Positions 19,695 to 29,634 are shown, counted from the stretch's first letter. The stretch is 64,000 bases of DNA from Desulfobacterales bacterium (GCA_963668645.2 CAXXWC010000019.1:160001-224000), one strand, 5' to 3'. Program-made: numbers and translations. Notes: generated from the sequence alone by a model not told the origin.

Positions 19695-20054
19695 ATGAAA
19701 AGCCAATGGATATTCCGCCTGACAGTGACGGTCGCAGCAGTTATGGTCTTGCTCCCCTTCAGCCTTTGGGCCGCCGGACCGAACAAGGGGGCCGAACAGA
19801 TCGTCATCGATGGGGGCGGAAAGGGGCCGGTCCCCTTTCCGCATCACCGGCATCAGGCAGCTTTGACCGACTGCAATGCCTGTCACACGGTTTTCCCCCA
19901 GGAGCCCGGCAGCATCCAACGGCTCAAGGCCGCCGGCACGTTGAAAGCCAAATCGGACGTGATGAACAAGTTGTGCATCGCGTGCCACCGGGCCAAAAAA
20001 TCCGCGGGCGAAAAGACCGGGCCGGTCACATGCAGTACCTGCCACCAAAAATAG
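19695..20054 (+). CDS. Triheme c3/c7-family cytochrome c
   Basis: Signal peptide, FPHHRH, three CxxCH (CNACH, CIACH, CSTCH). Confidence 0.88.
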   Translation: MKSQWIFRLTVTVAAVMVLLPFSLWAAGPNKGAEQIVIDGGGKGPVPFPHHRHQAALTDCNACHTVFPQEPGSIQRLKAAGTLKAKSDVMNKLCIACHRAKKSAGEKTGPVTCSTCHQK

Positions 20055-20073
20055 CCAGTGGACGGGAGTGACC

Positions 20074-21036
20074 ATGCTCGTATTGGGTCTTCAGGGAAGC
20101 CCGCGGCGCAAAGGCAACACCGCCTTTTTGCTCGATCTGTTTTTGTCCGAGGCCGCCCGTCTGGGCGCCCGCACCCGGGTGATCCACCCGGCTAGGGAGC
20201 CCATCGCCGCCTGCCGGGGCTGCGGGACCTGTGAGAAGCAGGGCCTGTGCGTCAATCAGGACATCATGGGCGAGGCCTTCTTTCCACTCTTGCGCGAAGC
20301 GGATCTGGTGGTGGCCGCCTCGCCGGTCTACTTCTACGGGATAACGGCCCAGCTCAAGGGATTCATCGACCGCTGCCAGACCTTCTGGTCGCGCAAGTAC
20401 CGCCTCAGGCTGACCGATCCTGGGGCGGCGACCCGTTCAGGCCTGCTGCTGGCCGTTGCCGCTTCCCACGGCTCCCAGCTTTTCGAGGGTTTGCAGCTCA
20501 CGGCCCGCTACTTTTTCGACGCCATCGCGGCCCGCGACGGAGGCGCCTTGACCTACCGCGGAATCGAGCATACCGGCGACATGGCCCACCATCCCGAGGC
20601 CGCCCTGGAAACAGCCCGGCTGGCGGCAAGCCTTCTCGGCCCCCTGGTTGAACGGCACACCGTGGCTTTTTACGACGCGTCGAGCACCGGCGCCGCCTGG
20701 GTGGCTGCGGCCTGGATGCGCCACCTGGCCGGAGACCGATGGGATGTGTACGCCGCCCCGGCGCCGGCGGACAAGACCCTGAAGGCAGGCCTGGGCCGCG
20801 TCATGGCCCAAAGCGGCATCGATATGGGCTATTACCAATCCCAACCCCTGGAGCAGGCCCCGCAGCCTGTGGACCGGGTCATCGCCCTGGGCGCCACAAC
20901 GCCTGAAGAGCCTCGCCAAACCTTGTGCTGGCCCATTCCAGCGCTTGACACCGGCACCGATCTCGAGCTGGCATCGTTTTGCGATGCCATTCGAACCCAG
21001 GTGCGACGCTTTATCGATCACGATGAAAACCGCTGA
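20074..21036 (+). CDS. Iron-sulfur flavoprotein / NADPH-FMN reductase with C-terminal degenerate ArsC/LMW-PTP-like domain
   Basis: [27 protein letters not shown]; extra domain of about 125 aa. Confidence 0.8.
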   Translation: MLVLGLQGSPRRKGNTAFLLDLFLSEAARLGARTRVIHPAREPIAACRGCGTCEKQGLCVNQDIMGEAFFPLLREADLVVAASPVYFYGITAQLKGFIDRCQTFWSRKYRLRLTDPGAATRSGLLLAVAASHGSQLFEGLQLTARYFFDAIAARDGGALTYRGIEHTGDMAHHPEAALETARLAASLLGPLVERHTVAFYDASSTGAAWVAAAWMRHLAGDRWDVYAAPAPADKTLKAGLGRVMAQSGIDMGYYQSQPLEQAPQPVDRVIALGATTPEEPRQTLCWPIPALDTGTDLELASFCDAIRTQVRRFIDHDENR

Positions 21037-21059
21037 CTCAAATAAAAAAGGAGGAAAGC

Positions 21060-21221
21060 ATGGACCGTTACGTTTGCACGATCTGCGGCTATGTCTACGA
21101 CCCGGCCCAGGGCGACCCGGACAACGGTGTGGCGCCGGGCACCGCGTTCGAGGACCTGCCCGATAGCTGGGAATGCCCGGTCTGCGGTGCATCCAAGGAC
21201 GACTTCGAAAAGGAAGAATGA
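21060..21221 (+). CDS. rub: Rubredoxin (53 aa; absent from ORF track)
   Basis: Translated by hand: [63 protein letters not shown]. Confidence 0.97.
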   Translation: MDRYVCTICGYVYDPAQGDPDNGVAPGTAFEDLPDSWECPVCGASKDDFEKEE

Positions 21222-21370
21222 TTTTTAGCGGCGGCCGGGGCATCCGGCCGCCGCACCCTTTTGCACAAGACACCGGCCGGTGGCGGATGCCTTGCGCAAA
21301 AGGGTGCCGAACCGTTAAAATACGCGACCGCCGCGATAACCATTATTGCCAGTAACGAAAAGGAAGACAG

Positions 21371-22576
21371 ATGAAACCGATTGAAATCGCCAAAGGGATC
21401 TATGACGTCGGGGTACATGACTGGAACATCCGGGACTTTCACGGCTATTCGACCTATCAGGGAACCACCTACAACAGTTTCCTGATCGTCGACGATAAGA
21501 TCGCCCTGATCGATACGGTCAAGCAGCCCTTCGCCGATCAACTGCTCGATAACATCGCGCGCATCGTCGATCCGAAAAAGATCGATCTGGTGATCAGCAA
21601 CCACACCGAAATGGACCACTCCGGTTCCCTGCCGCGCCTGATGCACCGCATCGGCGAAGACAAGCCGCTCTATTGCTCGAAAATGGGCCACAAGAATCTT
21701 TCGCACCACTTTTCCCAGCCCTGGAACTACCAGGTGGTGGAAAACGAGGGCCAGCTGAGCCTGGGCCGGCGCACCCTGACCTTTCTGGAAACGCGCATGC
21801 TCCACTGGCCGGACAGCATGTTCACCTATGTCAAGGAAGACGAGATCCTTTTTTCCTCCGATGCCTTCGGCCAGCATTACGCCAGCCCGTTCAAGTTCGA
21901 CGACGAGGCCGACGGTGCCGAGGTCTGGTTCCAGGCCAAGAAGTACTTTGCCAACATCCTGATGCTCTATGCCCCCAAGATCCTCAAGCTCATCGAGCAG
22001 GTGACCGCCATGGGCCTGACCTTCAAGATGATCTGCCCGGATCACGGCATCCTTTGGCGCGCCGATCCGCTCAAGATCGTCAAGGCTTATAACGAATGGT
22101 CCCTGCAGCGGCCGGCCAAGAAGGCCATCGTGGTCTATGACACCATGTGGCACAGCACCGAGCGTATGGCCGAGGCGGTGGTCGAGGGGCTGGCGGCCGA
22201 AGGGGTTCCGGCCGAACCGATTCACATCCGCTCTTCCCACCGCAGCGAGATCATGACCCAAGCTCTGGACGCCGGGGCCATCGTTTTCGGTTCTCCGACC
22301 CTCAACAACCAGATGTTTCCCACCGTGGCCGACGTGCTCACCTACATGAAGGGGCTCAAGCCGAGAAACAAGGTCGCCGCGGCCTTCGGCTCCTACGGCT
22401 GGAGCGGCGAATCGGTCAAGCTGGTGTCCCAGGAACTCGAAGCCATGGGCTTTGAGATGGTCGCCCCCGGCGTCCGCCTGCAGTACGTGCCGGACGCCGA
22501 AGGCCTGGAAAACTGCGTGGCCCTGGGCCGCGCCGTGGCCCGCCAGCTTCTGGCCAAGCTGGAAGCCGGGGCCTGA
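21371..22576 (+). CDS. fprA: Flavodiiron protein (rubredoxin:oxygen/NO oxidoreductase)
   Basis: GTTYNSFL, NHTEMDHSG, LHWPDSM, SSDAFGQH, PDHG, FGSYGWSGE. Confidence 0.95.
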   Translation: MKPIEIAKGIYDVGVHDWNIRDFHGYSTYQGTTYNSFLIVDDKIALIDTVKQPFADQLLDNIARIVDPKKIDLVISNHTEMDHSGSLPRLMHRIGEDKPLYCSKMGHKNLSHHFSQPWNYQVVENEGQLSLGRRTLTFLETRMLHWPDSMFTYVKEDEILFSSDAFGQHYASPFKFDDEADGAEVWFQAKKYFANILMLYAPKILKLIEQVTAMGLTFKMICPDHGILWRADPLKIVKAYNEWSLQRPAKKAIVVYDTMWHSTERMAEAVVEGLAAEGVPAEPIHIRSSHRSEIMTQALDAGAIVFGSPTLNNQMFPTVADVLTYMKGLKPRNKVAAAFGSYGWSGESVKLVSQELEAMGFEMVAPGVRLQYVPDAEGLENCVALGRAVARQLLAKLEAGA

Positions 22577-22577
22577 A

Positions 22578-22772
22578 ATGGCACGCCGGCCCGTGGTCGA
22601 TCTGGCCGATTGCAGCCGCTGCGAAGGATGCATCGCGGTCTGCCCCACGGTCTTTTTCATGAATGGTGCGGGCTTCATCGAAGCGGCCGAGCTCCAGGTC
22701 TATCCTGAAAAAGAGGTCGACGAGGCGATCAAGAACTGCCCGGAGGATTGCATTTACTGGGATGAGGGATAG
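22578..22772 (+). CDS. Single-cluster ferredoxin
   Basis: CSRCEGCIAVCP ... CPEDCI. Confidence 0.88.
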   Translation: MARRPVVDLADCSRCEGCIAVCPTVFFMNGAGFIEAAELQVYPEKEVDEAIKNCPEDCIYWDEG

Positions 22773-22825
22773 AGGCACCCCGGCGGCGCCCTGCCGTTGC
22801 CGGGTGCCGGGCTGAAAGGAACCGT

Positions 22826-23173
22826 ATGACCACTTATGCCCTGTTTGTCTTCAACGGCGATCCCATGTGCTTCATCCATGTCCTGCTCAACGCCCTGGAC
22901 ATGCACCAGCGCGGCGACCGGGTGCGCCTGGTGATCGAGGGGGCCGCCACCGGCCTGCTGCCCGAGCTGGAAAAGGAAGGCCATCCCCTCCACAAGCTCT
23001 GGCAAAAAACCTTGGCGGCCGGCCTGGTGGACGGGGTTTGCAGAGCCTGCGCCACCAAGACCGGAGGGCTGGAAACGGCCCGGAAATCGGGCCTGGCCCT
23101 GCTGGATGAAATGAGCGGCCATCCGTCCATGGCCGCCTACCGCCAGGCCGGCTGTGAATTGGTCACCTTCTGA
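22826..23173 (+). CDS. DsrE/DsrF-like protein
   Basis: MCFIHVLLNALD, VIEG, VCRACA; AAGGA RBS. Confidence 0.75.
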   Translation: MTTYALFVFNGDPMCFIHVLLNALDMHQRGDRVRLVIEGAATGLLPELEKEGHPLHKLWQKTLAAGLVDGVCRACATKTGGLETARKSGLALLDEMSGHPSMAAYRQAGCELVTF

Positions 23174-23906
23174 GGCCGGCTCGGGCGGAAGCTTCCGGCG
23201 CCTCAAACAGGCGTTGGAACCGCTGCTGCGCGAGGCGCCGCCCGAGGTGCTGCGTGCGGCCGTTACGCGAATCGCGCCCCAGCGGGCCGTCAATCCGCTG
23301 ATCTCCTTTTTCTACCACCCCGAGCCGATGGTGCGCTGGCGCGCCGTTTCGGCCTTCGGCATCGTCACCGCCGGCCTGGCCCAGGAGCGCATCGAGGCGG
23401 CCCGGGTGGTGATGCGCCGGCTCATGTGGCACCTGAACGACGAATCCGGCGGGATCGGCTGGGGCGCGCCCGAGGCGATGGGCGAAACCCTTGCGCGCAG
23501 CCCGCAGCTGGCCGCAGAATACCACCGCATCCTGGTCTCCTATGTCCGCAAGGACGGCAATTTCCTGGAACACCCCATCTTGCAGCGCGGCGCGCTGTGG
23601 GCCGCAGCACGCCTGGCCGAGGCCCATCCGGCCCTGGCGGCCGGCGCGGCACCGGCGCTGGCCAATTTTATGACATCATCCGACGCCCACCACCGGGGCC
23701 TGGCGGTTTGGGCGGCCGGTCTGATCGCAGACCGCGGCATGATTGCCGGCATCGAAAAACTCCGCGGCGACAAGGATTGCATCGATCTTTACCGCCGCTG
23801 GCACCTGGAACGAATTAAAGTGGCCGATCTGGCGGCCGAGGCGTTGACCCGCCTGGGGCCACAGCAAGGATCCTTCTGTGTCGCGGCCGATGGACATACC
23901 CCATGA
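23154..23906 (+). CDS. HEAT-repeat-like protein (DVU0298-type)
   Basis: VMRRLMWHLNDESGGIGWGAPEAMGE; all-helical. Confidence 0.75.
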   Translation: MNWSPSEAGSGGSFRRLKQALEPLLREAPPEVLRAAVTRIAPQRAVNPLISFFYHPEPMVRWRAVSAFGIVTAGLAQERIEAARVVMRRLMWHLNDESGGIGWGAPEAMGETLARSPQLAAEYHRILVSYVRKDGNFLEHPILQRGALWAAARLAEAHPALAAGAAPALANFMTSSDAHHRGLAVWAAGLIADRGMIAGIEKLRGDKDCIDLYRRWHLERIKVADLAAEALTRLGPQQGSFCVAADGHTP

Positions 23907-24334
23907 GTAATTCAGCCGAATATCCCGATCTACCCCGCTTGGCAGTGGGGGCAGTGGTCGTCCACCAGGGCCGGATCCTGCTCGTACGGCGCGCCAAGGC
24001 CCCGGCCAAAGGGCTCTGGGCCATCCCGGGCGGCAGCGTGAATCTGGGCGAAACCCTCCAGCAGGCCGCCGAGCGCGAGATCCTCGAAGAGACCGGCCTC
24101 ACCATACGCGCAGCAGAGCCCCTGCTGACCTTCGAAACCATCCGCCGCGACCCGGACGGCCGGGTGCGCTTTCACTACGTGATCGTCGATCTGGCGGCCG
24201 TCTACGTGGCCGGAGACCTGGCCCCGGCCGACGACGCTGCCGAGGCCCGCTGGTTTTCGGCCGCCGAGGCCGAGGCTGAACCGGAGATGGTCGAAAAGAC
24301 CCGCGAGCTGATGCGCAGCGTGCTGAGCGCTTGA
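23903..24334 (+). CDS. NUDIX hydrolase
   Basis: GGSVNLGETLQQAAEREILEETG Nudix box. Confidence 0.93.
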   Translation: MSNSAEYPDLPRLAVGAVVVHQGRILLVRRAKAPAKGLWAIPGGSVNLGETLQQAAEREILEETGLTIRAAEPLLTFETIRRDPDGRVRFHYVIVDLAAVYVAGDLAPADDAAEARWFSAAEAEAEPEMVEKTRELMRSVLSA

Positions 24335-24426
24335 CACGGGACTGGTCATCGACCGGGTCTGGAGGCTGAAAGACGGCGGCCCGCCACCGCCGCCGTCATC
24401 TGCCCCGCCGTTTTACACACCCGGGC

Positions 24427-26562
24427 TCAGTATTGATATGCCAAACCGAAATAAAAAGAGCGGCCCGGCGACCAACTGTCTTCGTTGGTGGAGTAATATT
24501 CGTCGAAAAGATTTCTGATTTTCAGCTTCAGGCGCACCTCCCCGAAATCTTCAATCTTCCAGATCCGCTGGCTCAAATGCAGATCCACCACCGTGGCATC
24601 CCCGACCTCCTCGAGCTTCTCGTTGTCGGAAGTATATTGATCCCCGTAGTAGGTGGCATCGAGGCCGGCGATCAAGCCGATCTTCCGGCTGTCAAAGACG
24701 ATACCGAAGGCGAGGGAATCGCGGGAACGGTTTTCCAGCTTATCGCCGTTGCCATCCTCGAACTCGAACAGGTGGGTCCAGGAAACGTAAGGCTCGAGGG
24801 TGTAGTCCAATCCGTAATAGGCCCCCACATCGAACCGGCCTCCGATTTCGATGCCGTTTATGGTCGCCTCGTCTACATTGTAATACCAGTAATGCTTGCC
24901 CGCGGAATAATGGCTGTCGCCCACGTTGTGGGTTTCATAGCCGATCAGATCCTCATACTGGCTATAAAAAAACGTTCCGGAAAACACGAAAGAATTATAA
25001 TCGATGTCAAAACCGGCGTCCCAGTTATCGCTTTTTTCAGGTTTCAGATCGGGGTTGCCGATAAAAGGCGTGGACATCATCACCGTGTAACCGGTCAACT
25101 GCCGGGGCAGGGGCATTTTGAAGGCTTGGGCGTAATTGGCCCTTAGTTTGATCAAATCCAGGGGGCTGTAGGCGATACCGATGGACGGGGTCCAGTTGTC
25201 CTGATCGATGTCCCTGAAAACGGTCAGGCCTTCTTTGATTTTTTCAGCATCCACCGCAATGTCGTACAGATCATAGCGCAACCCGCCTGAAATCACCAGG
25301 TTGCGGTTTTCCAGCAGGTAGAGTTTTCCGATCAAAAAAGCGCCCCAACTGTCATAATCGCTCACCGCCCTGTTTTGCGTGGAGGCGCTGGCGGCCGCTC
25401 CGGTCTGGCTCTGGTCGAAATCATAGGCCATCCAATCGACCCCGCCGACGATTCGGGCCATCTCGAATTCATGGCCGATCTGGGCCTGGCCTCCCCGATA
25501 CCTGTTTTCGTTCTCGGACAGCGGCAACTGGGTATCGCTGGTTTTGGTAAACCTGGACAGATCATAGTTCACTTCGCCCTGGAAATAGCGCGCCAGCCAC
25601 GTCGTGGCCTTGGACGGACTGCTTCCTTCATAGGAGATATCGGCGCTATAATTGTCCCGGTTTTGCCGGGTGTAGTAGTAATAGCGGGAAGAGGCGTCTT
25701 CCCCTTTGCCGGCATCGTCGATTTGCGATCCCTGCAAAATTATGCCCAACCGGTTATTCGGGTTGAAGTTATACCCGGTATTGAGCGTATACCGGGTTCG
25801 CGACCCGAGGTCGCTGTTTTCAAAGTTGTCCCCATTGCCGAGTTTGTAGTCATTGCGGGTAAAATAATCGGCGAAAACGGAAAAATCGAAGCTGCCGGAT
25901 TGACCTGACGCAGCGGCTTTGTAGCGCTGTGCTTCCCAACTGCCGAAGCCGGCTTCGATGGCCGCCGCGGGCTTTTGCTTCCCTCTTTTGGTAATCACGT
26001 TGATCACGCCGCCCATGGCGGCGGCGCCATACTGGACCGCTCCCGGCCCCCTGATGACTTCGATGCGTTCGGTGGCATTCAGATCGAGCATGGACAGAAA
26101 ATCCGATCCGCTTCGATGCCCGTCCACCAGCACCAGAATATCGCCGGCGATATCGAATCCGTGCATGGAACTGCGCCCGCCCCGGATCACCACGCCCTCG
26201 TTGCCGTAACTTTCGGCGCCATCATGATAGACCTGGATCCCGGCCGATTTGAGCAAATCGGCGACGGTCTCGGCACCGGATCTTTCAATATCCTTCTGCG
26301 AAAAAACGGTCACATGCTGGCTGACCCCCTGCAATTGCTCCGGCACACGATCGGCGGTCACCACCATTGTGTCCAGTCGATGGGCACTGCCATCCTGCGA
26401 TCGGTCCGCGTCCTGGGCCCATCCGATGCCGGCCGGCAGCAGCAATCCCAAAAGCAGTGCCCGGTTTAATATTGTTCTGATAAGGTTGGAATTGATCCGG
26501 GCTTCTTGAAAGGTTGAGGATTGGCATCCGATTTTCGGAAACCGCCGTGCTTGTGAATTCAC
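24427..26562 (-). CDS. TonB-dependent receptor, probably corrinoid/cobalt uptake (BtuB-like)
   Basis: DTMVVTA TonB box, ERIEVIRGP..YG..AMGGVINVIT plug, LKPEKS, NLFDEYY, terminal aromatic residue; riboswitch upstream. Confidence 0.9.
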   Translation of the reverse strand: MNSQARRFPKIGCQSSTFQEARINSNLIRTILNRALLLGLLLPAGIGWAQDADRSQDGSAHRLDTMVVTADRVPEQLQGVSQHVTVFSQKDIERSGAETVADLLKSAGIQVYHDGAESYGNEGVVIRGGRSSMHGFDIAGDILVLVDGHRSGSDFLSMLDLNATERIEVIRGPGAVQYGAAAMGGVINVITKRGKQKPAAAIEAGFGSWEAQRYKAAASGQSGSFDFSVFADYFTRNDYKLGNGDNFENSDLGSRTRYTLNTGYNFNPNNRLGIILQGSQIDDAGKGEDASSRYYYYTRQNRDNYSADISYEGSSPSKATTWLARYFQGEVNYDLSRFTKTSDTQLPLSENENRYRGGQAQIGHEFEMARIVGGVDWMAYDFDQSQTGAAASASTQNRAVSDYDSWGAFLIGKLYLLENRNLVISGGLRYDLYDIAVDAEKIKEGLTVFRDIDQDNWTPSIGIAYSPLDLIKLRANYAQAFKMPLPRQLTGYTVMMSTPFIGNPDLKPEKSDNWDAGFDIDYNSFVFSGTFFYSQYEDLIGYETHNVGDSHYSAGKHYWYYNVDEATINGIEIGGRFDVGAYYGLDYTLEPYVSWTHLFEFEDGNGDKLENRSRDSLAFGIVFDSRKIGLIAGLDATYYGDQYTSDNEKLEEVGDATVVDLHLSQRIWKIEDFGEVRLKLKIRNLFDEYYSTNEDSWSPGRSFYFGLAYQY

Positions 26563-26657
26563 TTGTTGCCTCCTTGGTTGATGAGATTCACAACATCCAG
26601 TCCACGTCCCATCCAGATAAGCGAACGTGCGGATCGAATTTTCAGGACCAAGAAGAC

Positions 26658-26694
26658 AAAAAAATCCCCCAGCCCTGAAACGGGCTGGGGGATT
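26658..26694 (-). terminator. Intrinsic terminator/attenuator in the riboswitch leader
   Basis: Minus strand AATCCCCCAGCCC-GTTTCA-GGGCTGGGGGATT followed by a U run. Confidence 0.8.
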
Positions 26695-26850
26695 GCACCC
26701 GGTTTAACTTGATCTCCCCAGCGCAAGAGAATCTTTTGATGCGCGCCTGTCCAAGTGGAATCACAAGGGCAGGCAACCGGCGCGGTGCGCCTCGCGCGGC
26801 AGCCGATTCTCTTGACAGCCCACGAATCCGCGTTCGTTCGCTCGGGCCAT

Positions 26851-27020
26851 CGCTGCCGGCAGGTCTTCTGGTTTCCGGATCGCCCTACTCACCGCGCCTT
26901 CCCACCCGCTTGCTAACGGGCAGTGGCCTAATCGCGGATTTCGTCCCCGGTCACAGCGGCGGGACCACAACGGACTTTCACCGTTTTCCCTATTGAGTCC
27001 TAAAGGACACCGACAACAGA
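26851..27020 (-). ncRNA. Cobalamin riboswitch
   Basis: Minus strand GGTG..AATAGGGAA..CGGTGAAAGTCCG..CCCGCCGCTGTG..GCCACTG..GGGAAGG..CCAGAAGACCTGCC (B12 box); TTGACA at 27048-27053 upstream. Confidence 0.93.
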
Positions 27021-27099
27021 TTTCTCTTAGAGGAATAACCGATCCACTGTCAAGCGATTTACCACCGGTCCAGTGCCGGCACGCGGCGGCGGCGATCTC

Positions 27100-27375
27100 C
27101 TATCTGAAAATCGCCTCGGCCCCGGACGGCGACACCAGGGGGTAGACCTCGAAACTGACCGGAACGATGTTGGCCCAGCGGGTCATGATGGCGTGCAATT
27201 CGTCGTTCGAGTCCACATCGAGTACGGCCGCGATGCCTCTGCCCACCCGGTAATAAAAATGGACCACCTTGCGTTTGGCCTTCAGATCGTCGATCCAGGC
27301 CCGAAACGTCGTCCTGGCCTCTTTGGCCTCGTCCGGTCTGGATGGATGGGGTGTACTGACGAGCAGATAGAGCAT
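27100..27375 (-). CDS. Small dimeric alpha/beta-barrel protein (DUF3303/muconolactone isomerase-like)
   Basis: AAGGAG RBS; GIAAVLDVDSNDELH..FEVYPL pattern. Confidence 0.65.
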   Translation of the reverse strand: MLYLLVSTPHPSRPDEAKEARTTFRAWIDDLKAKRKVVHFYYRVGRGIAAVLDVDSNDELHAIMTRWANIVPVSFEVYPLVSPSGAEAIFR

Positions 27376-27592
27376 GATCGGTCTCCTTGCCTTTTATCAT
27401 GGGGCCGGCGCGTTGCCGCCCCCGGTTCGGTCCACCATCATGCTATCAGATCGGCGGATACCGCTCAAGAAACAGGAAGGGGGGACAAACCGTGAAAGGC
27501 CCCTTGCCGCCATGGGGTCAAAGCAAAGCGGCCGGGAGGCCCGAAGGCCTCCCGGCCGCGAAAAATCGGGCCGACGTCTTGCCGTGCGGATT

Positions 27593-27913
27593 TCAGCAGC
27601 TTCCGTTGCGGGTCGAGGCCACCTCCACCCGCGCGTCCTCCAGTGCCGAAACGAGAATGCGCCCGGCCTGCGCAGCGAAAAAGGTGTCTCCGGTCGCGAG
27701 CAGGTGGTCTTGCAGGTCCCCTTCCTGGGTCACCCACAAACACCCCTTCAGGCACCGGATCACATCCCGCCGCCGGCGTCCGGCATCGATGACGTGCACC
27801 TGGCCCGCTTCCATCTCCAGACCTTCCACCCGCCTGAAAGACGCCGCAGGGTGCAAGACCCTGTTCATCGTCTGCCCGATCGATTCGATGTTAAAATGGG
27901 TATCTGTACGCAT
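27593..27913 (-). CDS. DUF2917-like cupin protein
   Basis: IRCLKGCLWVTQEGDLQDHLL..GDTF. Confidence 0.75.
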   Translation of the reverse strand: MRTDTHFNIESIGQTMNRVLHPAASFRRVEGLEMEAGQVHVIDAGRRRRDVIRCLKGCLWVTQEGDLQDHLLATGDTFFAAQAGRILVSALEDARVEVASTRNGSC

Positions 27914-28135
27914 GGTTCTTCCTTCCTGATTGGTCCGTCTGTTTTACCTCGTTTAACTCGGCAATCCTTTTGATTGCTTCTCTTTGGCGCCTAAGTTAAT
28001 CTTCCTGAAACGAGCGGTACAGAAACAGAAAAGTCCTTTTGTTATGATAACAGGTCGATTTTTTCAAACCTGTTGCGTAAATTATGAATCGAACTGTACC
28101 GTTTCCAGTGGATGGGAGATCACGGAAGAAAAACC

Positions 28136-29590
28136 ATGGGACGGATGAACAAGTACGAATCTCTGGCTGCCGAGCTGGCCGGACTGATCACCGCGGGCAC
28201 CTACCGCCGGGGAACGCCGATGCCTTCGGTGCGCGAGCTGAGCCGCGAAAAGGGGCTGAGCGTCTCTACGGTCCTTCAGGCCTACTACCTGCTCGAGGCC
28301 CGCGGGCTGGTCACGCCCCGCCCGCGCTCGGGTTTCTTCGTGGCCGAGGCGGCCCTGCACCCCGAGTCGGAGCCGGAAGCCTCGACGCCCGAATTCGATG
28401 CGGCCCGGGTGAGCATCCGCCAACTGGTGACCCAGGTCGCCTTGCAGGACGCCCGTACGCTGGGCCTGGTTCCCCTAGGATACGCCCATCCCCACCCGGC
28501 CTGCACCGCAACCGGGGCCATAAACCGGCTCATGACGTCCATCGCCCGCCGGCTGGGCGATGCGAGCTGGGCCTACGAGCTGCCGCCGGGGTGCAGCGCC
28601 CTTCGCACCGAGATCGCCCGCCAGGCCGCCCGGGCCGGCTGCCGCCTCAACCGCGGCGACATCGTCATCACCTCGGGCTGCACCGAGGCCGTCAGCCTCT
28701 CGCTGCGGGCCGTCTGCCATCCGGGGGACGCCGTGGCCATCGAATCGCCCATTTGCTTCGACACCCTCCAGACCTTGGAAACCCTTGGATTGAGGGCCGT
28801 GGAGATCCCCACCCACCCGCGCGACGGAATCAGTCTCGAAGCCCTGCGCTTCGCAACCGATTCGATGCCCATCAAGGCCTGCCTGGTGATCGCCAACCAT
28901 AACAATCCAGTGGGCAGCCGCATCCCTGACGCGGCCAAGGAAGAACTGGTCGGCATGCTGGCCGAACGGGAAATTCCCCTCATCGAAAACGATATCTACG
29001 GCGAGATTCACTTCGATGCCCACCGGCCCACCGCGGTCAAGGCCTTCGACCGCAAGGGGCTGGTGCTGTTGTGCGGCTCTTTTTCCAAGACCCTCGGCCC
29101 GGGCCTGCGCGTCGGCTGGGTCGCGGCGGGGCGCTTTCGCGACAATGTCGAATGGGTCAAATACACCCTGAGCCTGGCCGTCGCCACCCTGCCCCAGCTC
29201 GCCATCGCCGAGTTCATGGCCGGCAGCGCCTACCCGCGGCACCTGCGGCGCATCCGGCGCATCTACGCCGACAACGTGGCCGCCATGCGCCAGGCCGTGC
29301 TGCGCTATTTTCCCGCCGCAACCCGGGTCACCCGCCCCAGCGGCGGGTATCTGCTCTGGATTCAGCTTCCCGAGAGGATCGACGCCTACGATATGTATCG
29401 CCGGGCCCTGGAGGCGGGCATCGCCATCATGCCCGGCCACCTCTTTTCAGCCGCCGACCGCTACCACGACTTTATCCGCCTCAACGCGGCCTTCTGGTCA
29501 CCCGAGGTCGATAAGGCGGTGCGGCAGCTGGGCCGGATTGCGGCCCAGGCCCTTGAGGCTAAGCGTCTGAATGAAGGAAAATCGATCTAG
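28136..29590 (+). CDS. MocR/GabR-family regulator (GntR HTH plus PLP aminotransferase domain)
   Basis: MPSVRELS..VSTVLQAY..RSGFFV; SFSKTLGPGLRVGW. Confidence 0.93.
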   Translation: MGRMNKYESLAAELAGLITAGTYRRGTPMPSVRELSREKGLSVSTVLQAYYLLEARGLVTPRPRSGFFVAEAALHPESEPEASTPEFDAARVSIRQLVTQVALQDARTLGLVPLGYAHPHPACTATGAINRLMTSIARRLGDASWAYELPPGCSALRTEIARQAARAGCRLNRGDIVITSGCTEAVSLSLRAVCHPGDAVAIESPICFDTLQTLETLGLRAVEIPTHPRDGISLEALRFATDSMPIKACLVIANHNNPVGSRIPDAAKEELVGMLAEREIPLIENDIYGEIHFDAHRPTAVKAFDRKGLVLLCGSFSKTLGPGLRVGWVAAGRFRDNVEWVKYTLSLAVATLPQLAIAEFMAGSAYPRHLRRIRRIYADNVAAMRQAVLRYFPAATRVTRPSGGYLLWIQLPERIDAYDMYRRALEAGIAIMPGHLFSAADRYHDFIRLNAAFWSPEVDKAVRQLGRIAAQALEAKRLNEGKSI

Positions 29591-29634
29591 ATACGACCCA
29601 CCACCCAGCTTGAATCCGTTCTGCCCTCCGGGCA

